From an uncultured Candidatus Saccharibacteria bacterium (GTDB taxonomy: Bacteria; Patescibacteriota; CALEFQ01), in NCBI GenBank assembly GCA_965230955.1, contig OZ246404.1, positions 856,790-920,789 on the forward strand: a stretch of 64,000 bases of DNA. Reading direction: 5' to 3'. The notes beneath the pieces are model-generated. The model had not been told where the DNA came from. It worked only from the letters and a program-made list of their open reading frames with translations, and made no database searches. Made by a program: the position numbers and the translations under genes. This document shows, piece by piece, positions 10,159 to 19,123 of the stretch (positions are counted from its first letter, which is position 1; every line of letters begins with the position of its first letter).

Positions 10159-10950
10159 TTATTTTTTATCTGGCTTATCTTCGGACATCAGGATTTTGAT
10201 ACTGGCCGTCATCCGGTCAAAAGAATTTGCCAGTTCTTCGAATTCTGTATTCTGATACTTGCCGATTTTGACAGAGAGATCGCCTTTGCTGATCCGGGAA
10301 GCGGCGTTCACAAATTCCTTGATCGTCCGTGCGGTGGATCGGCCGACCAGCCAGGCCGCCACTATCGCGATAACAATCGAAACAGAAATCAAGACGACCG
10401 AGGTATGAATGGTTTGCGAACTGTACCGCGCAGCTAATTCGCCGCGCACGGCCAGGAATGACCGGCTGGAATTTTCCAAATAGGCCGTCACCGTCTCGGC
10501 ATAGGCCTTTTTCCATTTGGCATATTCCGCCCCGTCAATAATTTCCAAAGCCTCGGCTGATTTCTGATCCGCTACCAATTGATGGGATCGCAGTTCCAAA
10601 TCAACCAAAACCAAATTGGCTTCGTCCTGCCGATTGAAAATTTGCCGGGTACTGTCAGTATCGGCTTGGGCGATCGCGTCTTTGATCACGGTGTCCAACT
10701 GCGTCCCGTAAGCATCATACCGTTCCTTCCACTTTTGATCGCCGGTAAAAATATAATTACGCGTTGATTGAGTCAGGACCTCATCCAACCACTGAATATC
10801 TTTGGCGCGCGATAACTGATCTTCCGCCGCGCCCAAATTACTGATATCCGTATTTATATTATTGACCAAAAACAGGGTGAATACGCCATAAACGACCATT
10901 AACAAAATCAAGAGGGCAAAACCCAGCGATACTTTACTTGAAATTTTCAT
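10159..10950 (-). CDS. membrane sensor (TM, helical periplasmic domain, TM, HAMP) with no output domain
   Basis: Two TM segments; C-terminal ASRISKGDLSVKI...EFEELANSFDRM HAMP pattern, then stop. Confidence 0.8.
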   Translation of the reverse strand: MKISSKVSLGFALLILLMVVYGVFTLFLVNNINTDISNLGAAEDQLSRAKDIQWLDEVLTQSTRNYIFTGDQKWKERYDAYGTQLDTVIKDAIAQADTDSTRQIFNRQDEANLVLVDLELRSHQLVADQKSAEALEIIDGAEYAKWKKAYAETVTAYLENSSRSFLAVRGELAARYSSQTIHTSVVLISVSIVIAIVAAWLVGRSTARTIKEFVNAASRISKGDLSVKIGKYQNTEFEELANSFDRMTASIKILMSEDKPDKK

Positions 10951-11073
10951 ATTGGTTTGTTTTAGCGAGAGAAATTATACCAATACGCTTAAAAGACGGG
11001 GAAATAAGCAATGAGAGCCAGAAAGCCTCTCCCCTTGGCATTTTTGAGAGTTTTTCCGACAATTTTACCGACT

Positions 11074-11084
11074 AATTATAGCAC
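11074..11084 (-). promoter_or_regulatory. extended -10 promoter (TGCTATAAT) upstream of Che cluster
   Basis: attatagca on + strand; same motif occurs upstream of several other minus-strand genes. Confidence 0.55.
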
Positions 11085-11166
11085 ATTTTACCTGTTTTCG
11101 TCTATGGGAAAACAATTCCCAATCTCCGTAGAAAAGAAAAGCAAAAGTTCACTGAAATTACCGCCC

Positions 11167-12651
11167 CTATTTTTGCTTAGTGAAAACCTGCCCGGCCACC
11201 GAAGCGGTATCAGACGGCAAGCTGAGCAACTGACTGACTGTGACAAAGCAAAATCCTTTGGCTTGGAGCTGATCGATAATCAGCGGCACCGCTTCTTCCG
11301 TGGTTTCATGGATATCGTGCAGCAAGATTATATCACCGGTCTTGGTAGCGCTGTTGACCCGATCATCGACAATACTGGTGACGCGATCTTGCCAATCCTT
11401 GGGATCAACCGACCACATAATAATCGGCAATCTGGCCTCCTGCTTGACCGCATCATTATAAGCACCGTAAGGCGGGCGGAAAACCGGGGCATTGAGACCG
11501 GCGGCGCTTTTGATTGCGTCTTCTGTTTTCTGGATTTCGTCGCGAATCGACGCACTGTCCAAACGAGTTAACTGCTGGTGATCCCAAGTGTGGTTACCCA
11601 GTTCATGTCCCTCAGTGTAAATACGCTTCACGATATCAGGATAAGCGATGACTTGATTGCCAATCATGAAAAAAGTCGCCGCAACGCCCTTGGCTTTTAA
11701 AACATCCAGTTTAGCCGGAGTCAAAGTTTTGTGCGGACCGTCGTCGAAAGTCAACGCCACCGGATTTTGACAAGTATCCGGTATGGGCTTCGCTTTACCC
11801 GAGTCGGACGGGGTCGGTGTCGGCACGGGCGTGGCGGTCGGTTTGGGATTAGGCTTGTCAACATCCGAAGCCTCATTGGCTTGATTGGTCGCGCTATCCA
11901 AATGCTGTTTCATCAACGGCGAAAGGAGATCGTCGAGATTGCCGTACGGAATATCAATTTTCCGCGCCTGATCAGACAATTCTCCGGCCGGGAAATAAAA
12001 AGAGAGGCTATCATGGTCAAAAGTGAAACGCTGGAGCTTATCAGTCGAGAGCACATTATCGATCTTGCTTTTATCCGTCACGGCCGGATCGGCCTGCAAA
12101 CTTTGTTGCACTAACGGTATCAGCCGATTGAGATAATTTGACTGATCGGCAAACAAATCGCCCAGAACCAATTCTCGGCCGGTGTTTAAATCATAAGTCT
12201 TGGTGATGATATCATTAACGGGATTGGAATTATCAGTGAAGTATTCGTTTAGATTGAATTTAACACTAAACAGATTAGGCGCCAGACCAAAAGTGGAAAA
12301 AGTCAGGTGCATTTCATCATCCCACTCTTTGAGATTCGGCCGCTGTTCCGCTTCGGTCATGAATTCATCAATCTTTTTTTCAACAAATTTATAAATACTC
12401 TCCGAAACTTGTTTGTTGGGAGTTTTAGGATACTGGGCGGTGATCGCGTACTGATCCCAGTACTGAGTGATAGTCTCCAGCTCCACGCCCGGGAAAAGAT
12501 CACTGTTAGCGGTGGCATATTCATCGGGATTGTAGCGCGTGCTGGTCACCGGGCCGTTGTTGATACTCTCCGCCCGCCACCAGAAATAGCCGCCAATCCC
12601 CGCCGCCGCAATAATCAAGATCAAAATCAGGGCAAATGCTTTGGTGCTCAT
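11167..12651 (-). CDS. membrane-anchored polysaccharide/peptidoglycan deacetylase (PdaC/PgdA-like, CE4)
   Basis: ALTFDDGP, GNHTWDH, FRPPYG, ILLHD NodB motifs; N-terminal TM. Confidence 0.92.
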   Translation of the reverse strand: MSTKAFALILILIIAAAGIGGYFWWRAESINNGPVTSTRYNPDEYATANSDLFPGVELETITQYWDQYAITAQYPKTPNKQVSESIYKFVEKKIDEFMTEAEQRPNLKEWDDEMHLTFSTFGLAPNLFSVKFNLNEYFTDNSNPVNDIITKTYDLNTGRELVLGDLFADQSNYLNRLIPLVQQSLQADPAVTDKSKIDNVLSTDKLQRFTFDHDSLSFYFPAGELSDQARKIDIPYGNLDDLLSPLMKQHLDSATNQANEASDVDKPNPKPTATPVPTPTPSDSGKAKPIPDTCQNPVALTFDDGPHKTLTPAKLDVLKAKGVAATFFMIGNQVIAYPDIVKRIYTEGHELGNHTWDHQQLTRLDSASIRDEIQKTEDAIKSAAGLNAPVFRPPYGAYNDAVKQEARLPIIMWSVDPKDWQDRVTSIVDDRVNSATKTGDIILLHDIHETTEEAVPLIIDQLQAKGFCFVTVSQLLSLPSDTASVAGQVFTKQK

Positions 12652-12695
12652 AAATATAATGATTAAGAATCTTTAATTATTATAGCATAAAAACT

Positions 12696-12720
12696 GGCTA
12701 GGGCATTAATGCCCTAGCCA
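12696..12720. terminator. palindromic hairpin
   Basis: ggctagggca-ttaa-tgccctagcc. Confidence 0.5.
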
Positions 12721-12857
12721 AATTTGTGCTCCCCAAACCAAACCGGCCCGCCCCATAAAGGACAGGCCGGATTTGGCCAACAATTACTCTCCTTTGCCCA
12801 TGAGGCTACAGAGAGAACTTACCAACAGACTATATACTTAGGGATCAAAACTTTTTT

Positions 12858-13472
12858 CTATCTTCCTTGTCCAAGTCCCATTCCCATACCCATTCCTTTG
12901 CCGCCTCGTCCTTGCTGAAATCCCATTTCTTCCATAATCGCCCGCGCTTCATCGGTCTTTCCTTCTTGGCGTAATTGATGAGCCGTCACCATTTTGTTGA
13001 ACGTGTCTTCGTTTATCTTGCCGGACAAATCGCTCAAATGTTGCTGCTTTTGGGTCACGCGATTTTCCATGGCGGTCTTCCAGGCACTGAAATCATTATT
13101 CTCAATCGCGCTTTGCATCGCTTCTTTGTCAGCCGAACCCTGTCCATGACGTCCGGGCAAACCCAGCTCTTGAGCCAGAGTAGACGCTTCATCGTACTTT
13201 CCGTCTTTTCGAAGCTGCTCCAGTTGGCGTAATTGGTCAAATTTTTCTTGAGAAGTAAATTCAGTAACTTTTGCCTGAATAGTATCTTTCCAAGACTGGT
13301 AATCGTTATTCTCCAGTGCTTGGGCCGCGGCCTCCGAACCTTGGTTCATCCACCCGAAGCCGAAAGCTTTCGCTCCCTCTGGTGTACTGGCGAAAGCGGT
13401 AGCAATACCGATAGTGGCTACGGTGGCAACAGTGGCAATGGCGACGGGAATAGCTATTTTTCTGTTTAGCAT
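12858..13472 (-). CDS. secreted helical hypothetical protein with internal duplication
   Basis: Signal peptide; repeated ENNDYQSWK / ENNDFSAWK. Confidence 0.8.
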   Translation of the reverse strand: MLNRKIAIPVAIATVATVATIGIATAFASTPEGAKAFGFGWMNQGSEAAAQALENNDYQSWKDTIQAKVTEFTSQEKFDQLRQLEQLRKDGKYDEASTLAQELGLPGRHGQGSADKEAMQSAIENNDFSAWKTAMENRVTQKQQHLSDLSGKINEDTFNKMVTAHQLRQEGKTDEARAIMEEMGFQQGRGGKGMGMGMGLGQGR

Positions 13473-13698
13473 AGTGAGGATTAATTGTTAGCCATCAGTC
13501 CAATTGGTTTATCCGACAGCTAATCGTTAAGAGTAAGGAGGCGAGATCTCGCATTTGTTCATACGCCGGGGTATTTTGTTTTATTTCAAAATTATCCTGC
13601 TCGCTCCGACGTCTTCGCCGGAGCAAAACGACCTGCAACCAAAAGGGGTGGCCTTAAGGCCACCCCTAGTAAGCCGCATCTATTTCACACGCATATTA

Positions 13699-14418
13699 TT
13701 AAAACCCCGGTACCGGCGCCAGATTAACCCGCCCCGGCCGCCAAGGACGGATGGAAGACGCTTCGAACAAATGTTCTCCGGTAATTTCACCGATGATTTT
13801 TATTTGCTCGCCCGGAAAAAGCGGAATACGGAAACGGGCTTCGGTATAAATCACCTGCCACGGCTCCCCGAGCAAATCGCGCAAACTCAACTCACTGTCG
13901 CTTTCCACGGACAGAATCTGCCCCGCCAGCAAACCCATTTCCGGTTTCTGCCAAACGTCGGCCGGATGTCCGGGCATCATCGGCCCGAGCGGCGGCCGCT
14001 GCGCCACCTGCTCGTCGATCTGTCCGCCGAAACCGGTCAAGAAAAGCGCCGTTCCGCCGACAATACTGATCACGATGCTGGTGGTAATCACGATGATCGG
14101 CCGATAACGATAACCTTCCTTCGTATGACGAAAATTGTAAATTGCCAGAAGTGAAAAAAGCACGACGACCACCACCCACAAATAAGGCAGAGATAAAACG
14201 ACATGGGTAACAGGCCCGCGGCCAAGTTGCGGATAAATATCCCAATCAATACTGGTGACGCGATCCAGCATGGCACTAAACGCTACTGCCCCGACACCGA
14301 CGGAAAAAGCAAAAGCGCCCCAAAAAAGCAGGTCGCGGCTAACGAATTGCCACTTGGGTTTGGGAGTAATATGTTTGTCCTTGATTTCATCAAGAACTTT
14401 GTGGCTTAGGTCTTCCAT
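13699..14418 (-). CDS. membrane protein, putative anti-sigma or ECF partner
   Basis: Three TM segments; directly downstream of the ECF sigma gene. Confidence 0.7.
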   Translation of the reverse strand: MEDLSHKVLDEIKDKHITPKPKWQFVSRDLLFWGAFAFSVGVGAVAFSAMLDRVTSIDWDIYPQLGRGPVTHVVLSLPYLWVVVVVLFSLLAIYNFRHTKEGYRYRPIIVITTSIVISIVGGTALFLTGFGGQIDEQVAQRPPLGPMMPGHPADVWQKPEMGLLAGQILSVESDSELSLRDLLGEPWQVIYTEARFRIPLFPGEQIKIIGEITGEHLFEASSIRPWRPGRVNLAPVPGF

Positions 14419-14419
14419 G

Positions 14420-15010
14420 TTATATATGATCTTTATTAATTAACTGCTGTAATTCCTTCTTGGCGCGATTAATCAGTGTCCCGACCGTGGCGACCGGTTT
14501 GCGCAAGATAGCGGAAATTTCTTCGTAGCTTAAGTCTTCCAAAAATCGCAACACCAATACTTCCTGATATTTATACGGCAACTTTCGCAAAGCGGCTTGG
14601 ACCACTTGGGTGGAATATTTTTGATCAAGTTCGTGCTCCAAATCCACCCCATCGGTAAATTTATTGGCGATACTTTCATCTTCCACCGCGATTACCGCCT
14701 GGGGGCGAACTTTCAGGCGCCGGTACTGGCTAATCACTTGATTGTGAGTGATGCGATAAATCCACGCGGAAAATTTCAGTTTGCTGTCAAAATCATTTAA
14801 ATTGAGATAGGCCTTGATAAAAACATCCTGCAAAACATCGGCTGTTTCTTCCTCGTCAAATCTGGAAATGCGCCGAATGTAGCGCCCCAGTTTAGCCTGG
14901 TAGCGATCCACCAAATACGCAAAAGCATCTTTGCTTTGTAGCGACAAAGACACCAACTCTTCATCCGTCTTTTGTTGGTAAATGTGGCCCATATCCATGG
15001 ATAGCATCAC
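14420..15010 (-). CDS. ECF RNA polymerase sigma factor
   Basis: DVLQDVFIKAY, FSAWIYRITHN, LSYEEISAIL...TVGTLINRAK. Confidence 0.92.
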   Translation of the reverse strand: MMLSMDMGHIYQQKTDEELVSLSLQSKDAFAYLVDRYQAKLGRYIRRISRFDEEETADVLQDVFIKAYLNLNDFDSKLKFSAWIYRITHNQVISQYRRLKVRPQAVIAVEDESIANKFTDGVDLEHELDQKYSTQVVQAALRKLPYKYQEVLVLRFLEDLSYEEISAILRKPVATVGTLINRAKKELQQLINKDHI

Positions 15011-15122
15011 CTAACTAGTACGCCCTATTATATCGTTTATTTCAAGAATTAAAAATGCAAAACTCAGAATGTAAAATTAATCGTTGTAATTCTCCATTCT
15101 TAATTTTGCATTAAAAGACTCC

Positions 15123-16343
15123 CTATTCGTACCGTAAAGCCTCAATCGGATTCAGCTTTGCCGCACGTCGCGCCGGGTAGTAACCAAAAACCAAACCGAC
15201 CAACGCCGAGACGCCGACAGCGAGAAGAATTGAACTGACCGTAATACTGGCGTTAATCGTGGAAAACTGGGAAATAAGTAAAGCCGCCACATAACCGAAA
15301 ATTATACCGAAAATTCCGCCAAAGAAAGTCAGCATAATCGATTCCATCAAAAACTGCGAGGTGATATCGCGCCGCTTGGCGCCGATCGCCTTGCGCAAAC
15401 CGATCTCCTTGGTGCGTTCGGTAACTGAAGTAAGCATCATATTCATAATCCCGATCCCGCCGACCAGCAAGGAAATTCCTCCAATCGCCCCCAGGAGAGC
15501 CGTCAGAGTACCGGTGATTGACGAAGCCATCTCAACCAAATCCGCCATGTTGCGCACCGAAAAATCGGCATTGGCCGAATCGGAAATTTTATGGCGCTGC
15601 AACAGCAGGGCGGTAATCTGCTCCTGCACCGACGTCATGCTGGACTGATCGACCGTTTTTACAATAATCGTATTGACGTATTCATCGCCGGAAAAATAAC
15701 GCTGGGCCGTACTGATCGGAATAAGCACACTGTCGTCCGAACTGCTAAACATCCCGCCGGTAGCTTCCAGCACGCCGACAATTTTAAAATTCATCTCATT
15801 GATCCGGATCGATTCGCCGACCGGATTGGCTCCAGCTCCAAATATATCCTCGGCCACCGTGGCTCCGAGCACAGCCACTTTGGCATTGCTCTTGGCCTGC
15901 TGGTCCGTAAGAAATTTCCCTTTGGTGGTCACCAGATCGCGCGCCGTGGCATAAGCGGCGTTGACTCCCATTACGCTGGCATTGACATTATTGTTTTTCG
16001 CCACTACCTGATAATTACCGGATACCGACGGCGCGACCGCCGCCAGCTTAGGCACTTGCTTTTCAATGGCCGTGGCATCTTCCATGGTCAAAGTCTTGGC
16101 TGAACCGCGGCTGGACCGCACACCCGAACCGATACTTTGTTGCGCCCCGGGCATGATGGTAATCAGATTCGCCCCGCCGGCTTCAATATTTTCGGTAATC
16201 GATTGCTGGGCGCCGGTACCGACCGACATCAATCCCACCACAGAAGCGATTCCGATCACAATTCCGAGCATTGTCAAAATCGAACGGCCCTTGTTCGCCG
16301 TCAGAGCGATATATGTTTCTTTTAGAAGGTCTGATGGTTTCAT
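15123..16343 (-). CDS. MacB/FtsX-family ABC permease
   Basis: LTMLGIVIGIAS, GGIGIMNMML, ERTKEIGLRKAIGA, PIEALRYE. Confidence 0.93.
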   Translation of the reverse strand: MKPSDLLKETYIALTANKGRSILTMLGIVIGIASVVGLMSVGTGAQQSITENIEAGGANLITIMPGAQQSIGSGVRSSRGSAKTLTMEDATAIEKQVPKLAAVAPSVSGNYQVVAKNNNVNASVMGVNAAYATARDLVTTKGKFLTDQQAKSNAKVAVLGATVAEDIFGAGANPVGESIRINEMNFKIVGVLEATGGMFSSSDDSVLIPISTAQRYFSGDEYVNTIIVKTVDQSSMTSVQEQITALLLQRHKISDSANADFSVRNMADLVEMASSITGTLTALLGAIGGISLLVGGIGIMNMMLTSVTERTKEIGLRKAIGAKRRDITSQFLMESIMLTFFGGIFGIIFGYVAALLISQFSTINASITVSSILLAVGVSALVGLVFGYYPARRAAKLNPIEALRYE

Positions 16344-16405
16344 TTTTGATACCAGTCAAAAATATGTTCGTCTAAACTTTTTACTTTTGACCTTTGACTT
16401 TTGAC

Positions 16406-17125
16406 TTATAAATGAAGTCCTTGTTTGATAGTTCGTTTGTGCAAATTAGGACGATCGGATGCGATCAAGCCATCTTTGATAGTAATTACCCGGTCGGTAA
16501 ATTCAGTCACTTCAACTTCATGAGTAATGACGATAATGGTACGTTTATCTTTCTTGTTTAGCTTCTCAAAAGTGCCCATCACCACTTCTCCGGATTTGCT
16601 ATCCAGGTTGCCGGTCGGCTCATCCGCAAAAATCAGGGCCGGATCGTTCACCAGGGCACGGGCAATCGCCACGCGCTGAATTTGGCCGCCGGATAATTGA
16701 TTCGATTTATGATCCCAAAGTTTTTTATCAGGCAGACCGGCATCGATCAAGGCTTTTTGCGCCCGCTCCAGTCTTTCTTTGTTTGGCAAACCTTGATAGA
16801 CAAACGGCAATATTACATTGCGCAACACCGAAGTCCGCGGCAAAAGATTGAACGACTGGAAAACAAAGCCGATACGATTCAGTCTGATATCAGCCAGTTG
16901 GTTTTCGCTGTATTCGGTCACGTTTTTACCGGCGAAAATATACTGCCCGCCCGTTGGAGTATCCAGCAAACCCAAAATATGCATCAAGGTAGATTTACCA
17001 GAACCGGACGCACCCATAATCGAGACAAACTCCCCCGCCTCAATTTTCAGGGTAACCCCGCCCAGCGCCTTGGTCTCGACTTCGCCACTGCGGTAAACTT
17101 TTGTTATATCGCGACACTCGATCAT
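16406..17125 (-). CDS. ABC transporter ATP-binding protein (MacB/LolD-like)
   Basis: Walker A GASGSGKST, LSGGQ, ADEPTGNLD. Confidence 0.95.
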   Translation of the reverse strand: MIECRDITKVYRSGEVETKALGGVTLKIEAGEFVSIMGASGSGKSTLMHILGLLDTPTGGQYIFAGKNVTEYSENQLADIRLNRIGFVFQSFNLLPRTSVLRNVILPFVYQGLPNKERLERAQKALIDAGLPDKKLWDHKSNQLSGGQIQRVAIARALVNDPALIFADEPTGNLDSKSGEVVMGTFEKLNKKDKRTIIVITHEVEVTEFTDRVITIKDGLIASDRPNLHKRTIKQGLHL

Positions 17126-18648
17126 CAGCGCGGCCCTCCGCCACCGAACGAATCCGGTGGCATAAAACCGCCGCCATTACGCGAAGTAGAATTGTTCACA
17201 GAATTAGTATTCGAGCTTTTAGACGAAGTAGTAGAGACTTCCCCGATGACAACTTCATCCCCGGCTTTCAGTCCGGAAATAATTTCCGACTCGGTGTCAT
17301 TGGTCAAGCCCACTTCGACCGTCACTGGCCTCGGGACAACAGCGCCGCTATTCAAAACTTGCACGTAGCTTTGGCCGGAATCCCCGGTCTCGATGGCCGT
17401 GCTGGAAATCACCAGAACTTGGGCGGCTTCCCCCACGGTAATCTCAGCAGCCGCGGTCATGCCGTTCGCGATTCGATCATCTTGGCTGTCCAGCGTCACC
17501 GTCACGCCATAGCTGACCACGCCGGAACTGGTCGTCCCGTCCGCGTCGATTTTAGCCACCGTGCCGTCAAGCGTCAGATCCGCGATCGCGTCAAAAGTTA
17601 TTTTAGCTTTTTGCCCGATCTGGATACTGGGACGGTCAACTTCATTCACGGTGATCGCGGCTTGTTTTTGCCCGGTCACCAGCGTCGCCATGCCCTGACT
17701 GCCGGAACTGGAAGAAGAAGAACTGGCGGTGGCGGTCGTCGCTGACGACACGGCACTGACCGACTGCGTGCCGGTGGCCGAGGAAGAATTGCCGCCGCCG
17801 GAAACGCTGTCACCAACTTCCACATTGATAGCGGTAATCATGCCGCCAAACGGCGCTCGAACTTGGTAATCCTTTGCCTCAGTTTGAATTTCACTTAAAG
17901 AATTTCTCGCTTTGGCAATGGCTAATTCTTGGGAACGAATTTCTTCCGGCGTCGCTCCGGTTTTCAATTCGATCAAGGCCGCTTGTTTTTCTTTGATTGT
18001 CGCTTCGGCCAAATTGATCGCAGCCGGACCTGTTTTGTCTAGATCTTCCAAAGTTTGCTCCGCCGATGTTAGCTGAGTCGAGTATTTTTCATAAAGAGTA
18101 TCATAATTGGGATCGCTCCGGCTCAAATCATCCAAATGATCCTCGGCGGATTCCAAGTTGGTGTCGGCCGTCGCACGATCCTGTTTTTGCTTTAGTTTCA
18201 GGGCGACCAAATCATCTTCGGCTTTGGTCACCGCGTCTTCGGCTTGTAAAATTTTCGAAGTGTCCGGCGCCGCTAGCAAAGTTTCCAGTTGCAATTGCGC
18301 TTTTTCTAAATCGATCCGGGCATTCGAAACCGTGCGATTATAGTCTTCAGTATCGAGCTGGAAAAGCAAATCATTTTCCGCAACCGTTTCGTTTTCACTC
18401 ACGTAAATTTTCGACACTTCTCCCGAAGTGTCCGAGGCGACAGCAACTTGATTTATATCCTCAATCTGACCGCTGCCCGAAACAGTTTTGGTAATAGTCC
18501 CCTCTTTCACGCGCGCGGTTTGGTATTGGCTCTCCTCCGATTTTGGGGTAGTCAGAGTCACTACCAAAAAGTACCCGCCGATAATCGCCCCGGCGGCGAT
18601 CAGCGCCATCAATATTTTGTGCGTCTTTATAAATTCTAAAATCTTCAT
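17125..18648 (-). CDS. efflux membrane fusion protein (MacA/HlyD-like)
   Basis: N-terminal TM, coiled coil, VRAPFGG lipoyl-like motif, VEVGL...EIISGL. Confidence 0.88.
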   Translation of the reverse strand: MKILEFIKTHKILMALIAAGAIIGGYFLVVTLTTPKSEESQYQTARVKEGTITKTVSGSGQIEDINQVAVASDTSGEVSKIYVSENETVAENDLLFQLDTEDYNRTVSNARIDLEKAQLQLETLLAAPDTSKILQAEDAVTKAEDDLVALKLKQKQDRATADTNLESAEDHLDDLSRSDPNYDTLYEKYSTQLTSAEQTLEDLDKTGPAAINLAEATIKEKQAALIELKTGATPEEIRSQELAIAKARNSLSEIQTEAKDYQVRAPFGGMITAINVEVGDSVSGGGNSSSATGTQSVSAVSSATTATASSSSSSSGSQGMATLVTGQKQAAITVNEVDRPSIQIGQKAKITFDAIADLTLDGTVAKIDADGTTSSGVVSYGVTVTLDSQDDRIANGMTAAAEITVGEAAQVLVISSTAIETGDSGQSYVQVLNSGAVVPRPVTVEVGLTNDTESEIISGLKAGDEVVIGEVSTTSSKSSNTNSVNNSTSRNGGGFMPPDSFGGGGPR

Positions 18649-18649
18649 A

Positions 18650-18988
18650 TTATTGATTAAATGACGGCCGACCGGCGGGACGGCTAGCCTCTATGGCCGC
18701 CCGTTCGGTGTCATCAATTTTACCATCGGCGCAATATTCTTCCATCTGGCTCATTCGACCATCATCTTGCCCGGTCTCGCCGGAACCACGCCCGGATGGC
18801 ATATCACCCTCGGCTATTCGCGCGCAAATGTCGCCGGCATCGCCACCGGGGAAAGCTTCCGCCCGCAGATCACTCGGCCGGGAAACGAGAAAATGAGAGA
18901 TGACAAATCCTATCGCGCCGGCAATTATAGCCACAGCGATAATAGTTACAATTCCTTTTTTGGTACCATTCTTGTTAGAATTTTCCAT
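18650..18988 (-). CDS. small membrane-anchored hypothetical protein
   Basis: N-terminal TM; first gene of the efflux operon. Confidence 0.7.
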   Translation of the reverse strand: MENSNKNGTKKGIVTIIAVAIIAGAIGFVISHFLVSRPSDLRAEAFPGGDAGDICARIAEGDMPSGRGSGETGQDDGRMSQMEEYCADGKIDDTERAAIEASRPAGRPSFNQ

Positions 18989-19080
18989 GATTTTCGCTTA
19001 AATATGATAAAAAACCCTCTCACACTACTACGCCAGATACAGCCAATTTATTTCCGAAATAGCAGGAAATCAAGCTTACT

Positions 19081-19110
19081 TAAACCACCAACGAATTCGT
19101 TGGTGGTTTA
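19081..19110. terminator. perfect palindrome downstream of RND gene
   Basis: taaaccaccaacgaattcgttggtggttta. Confidence 0.55.
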
Positions 19111-19123
19111 GAGTTTGATACGT

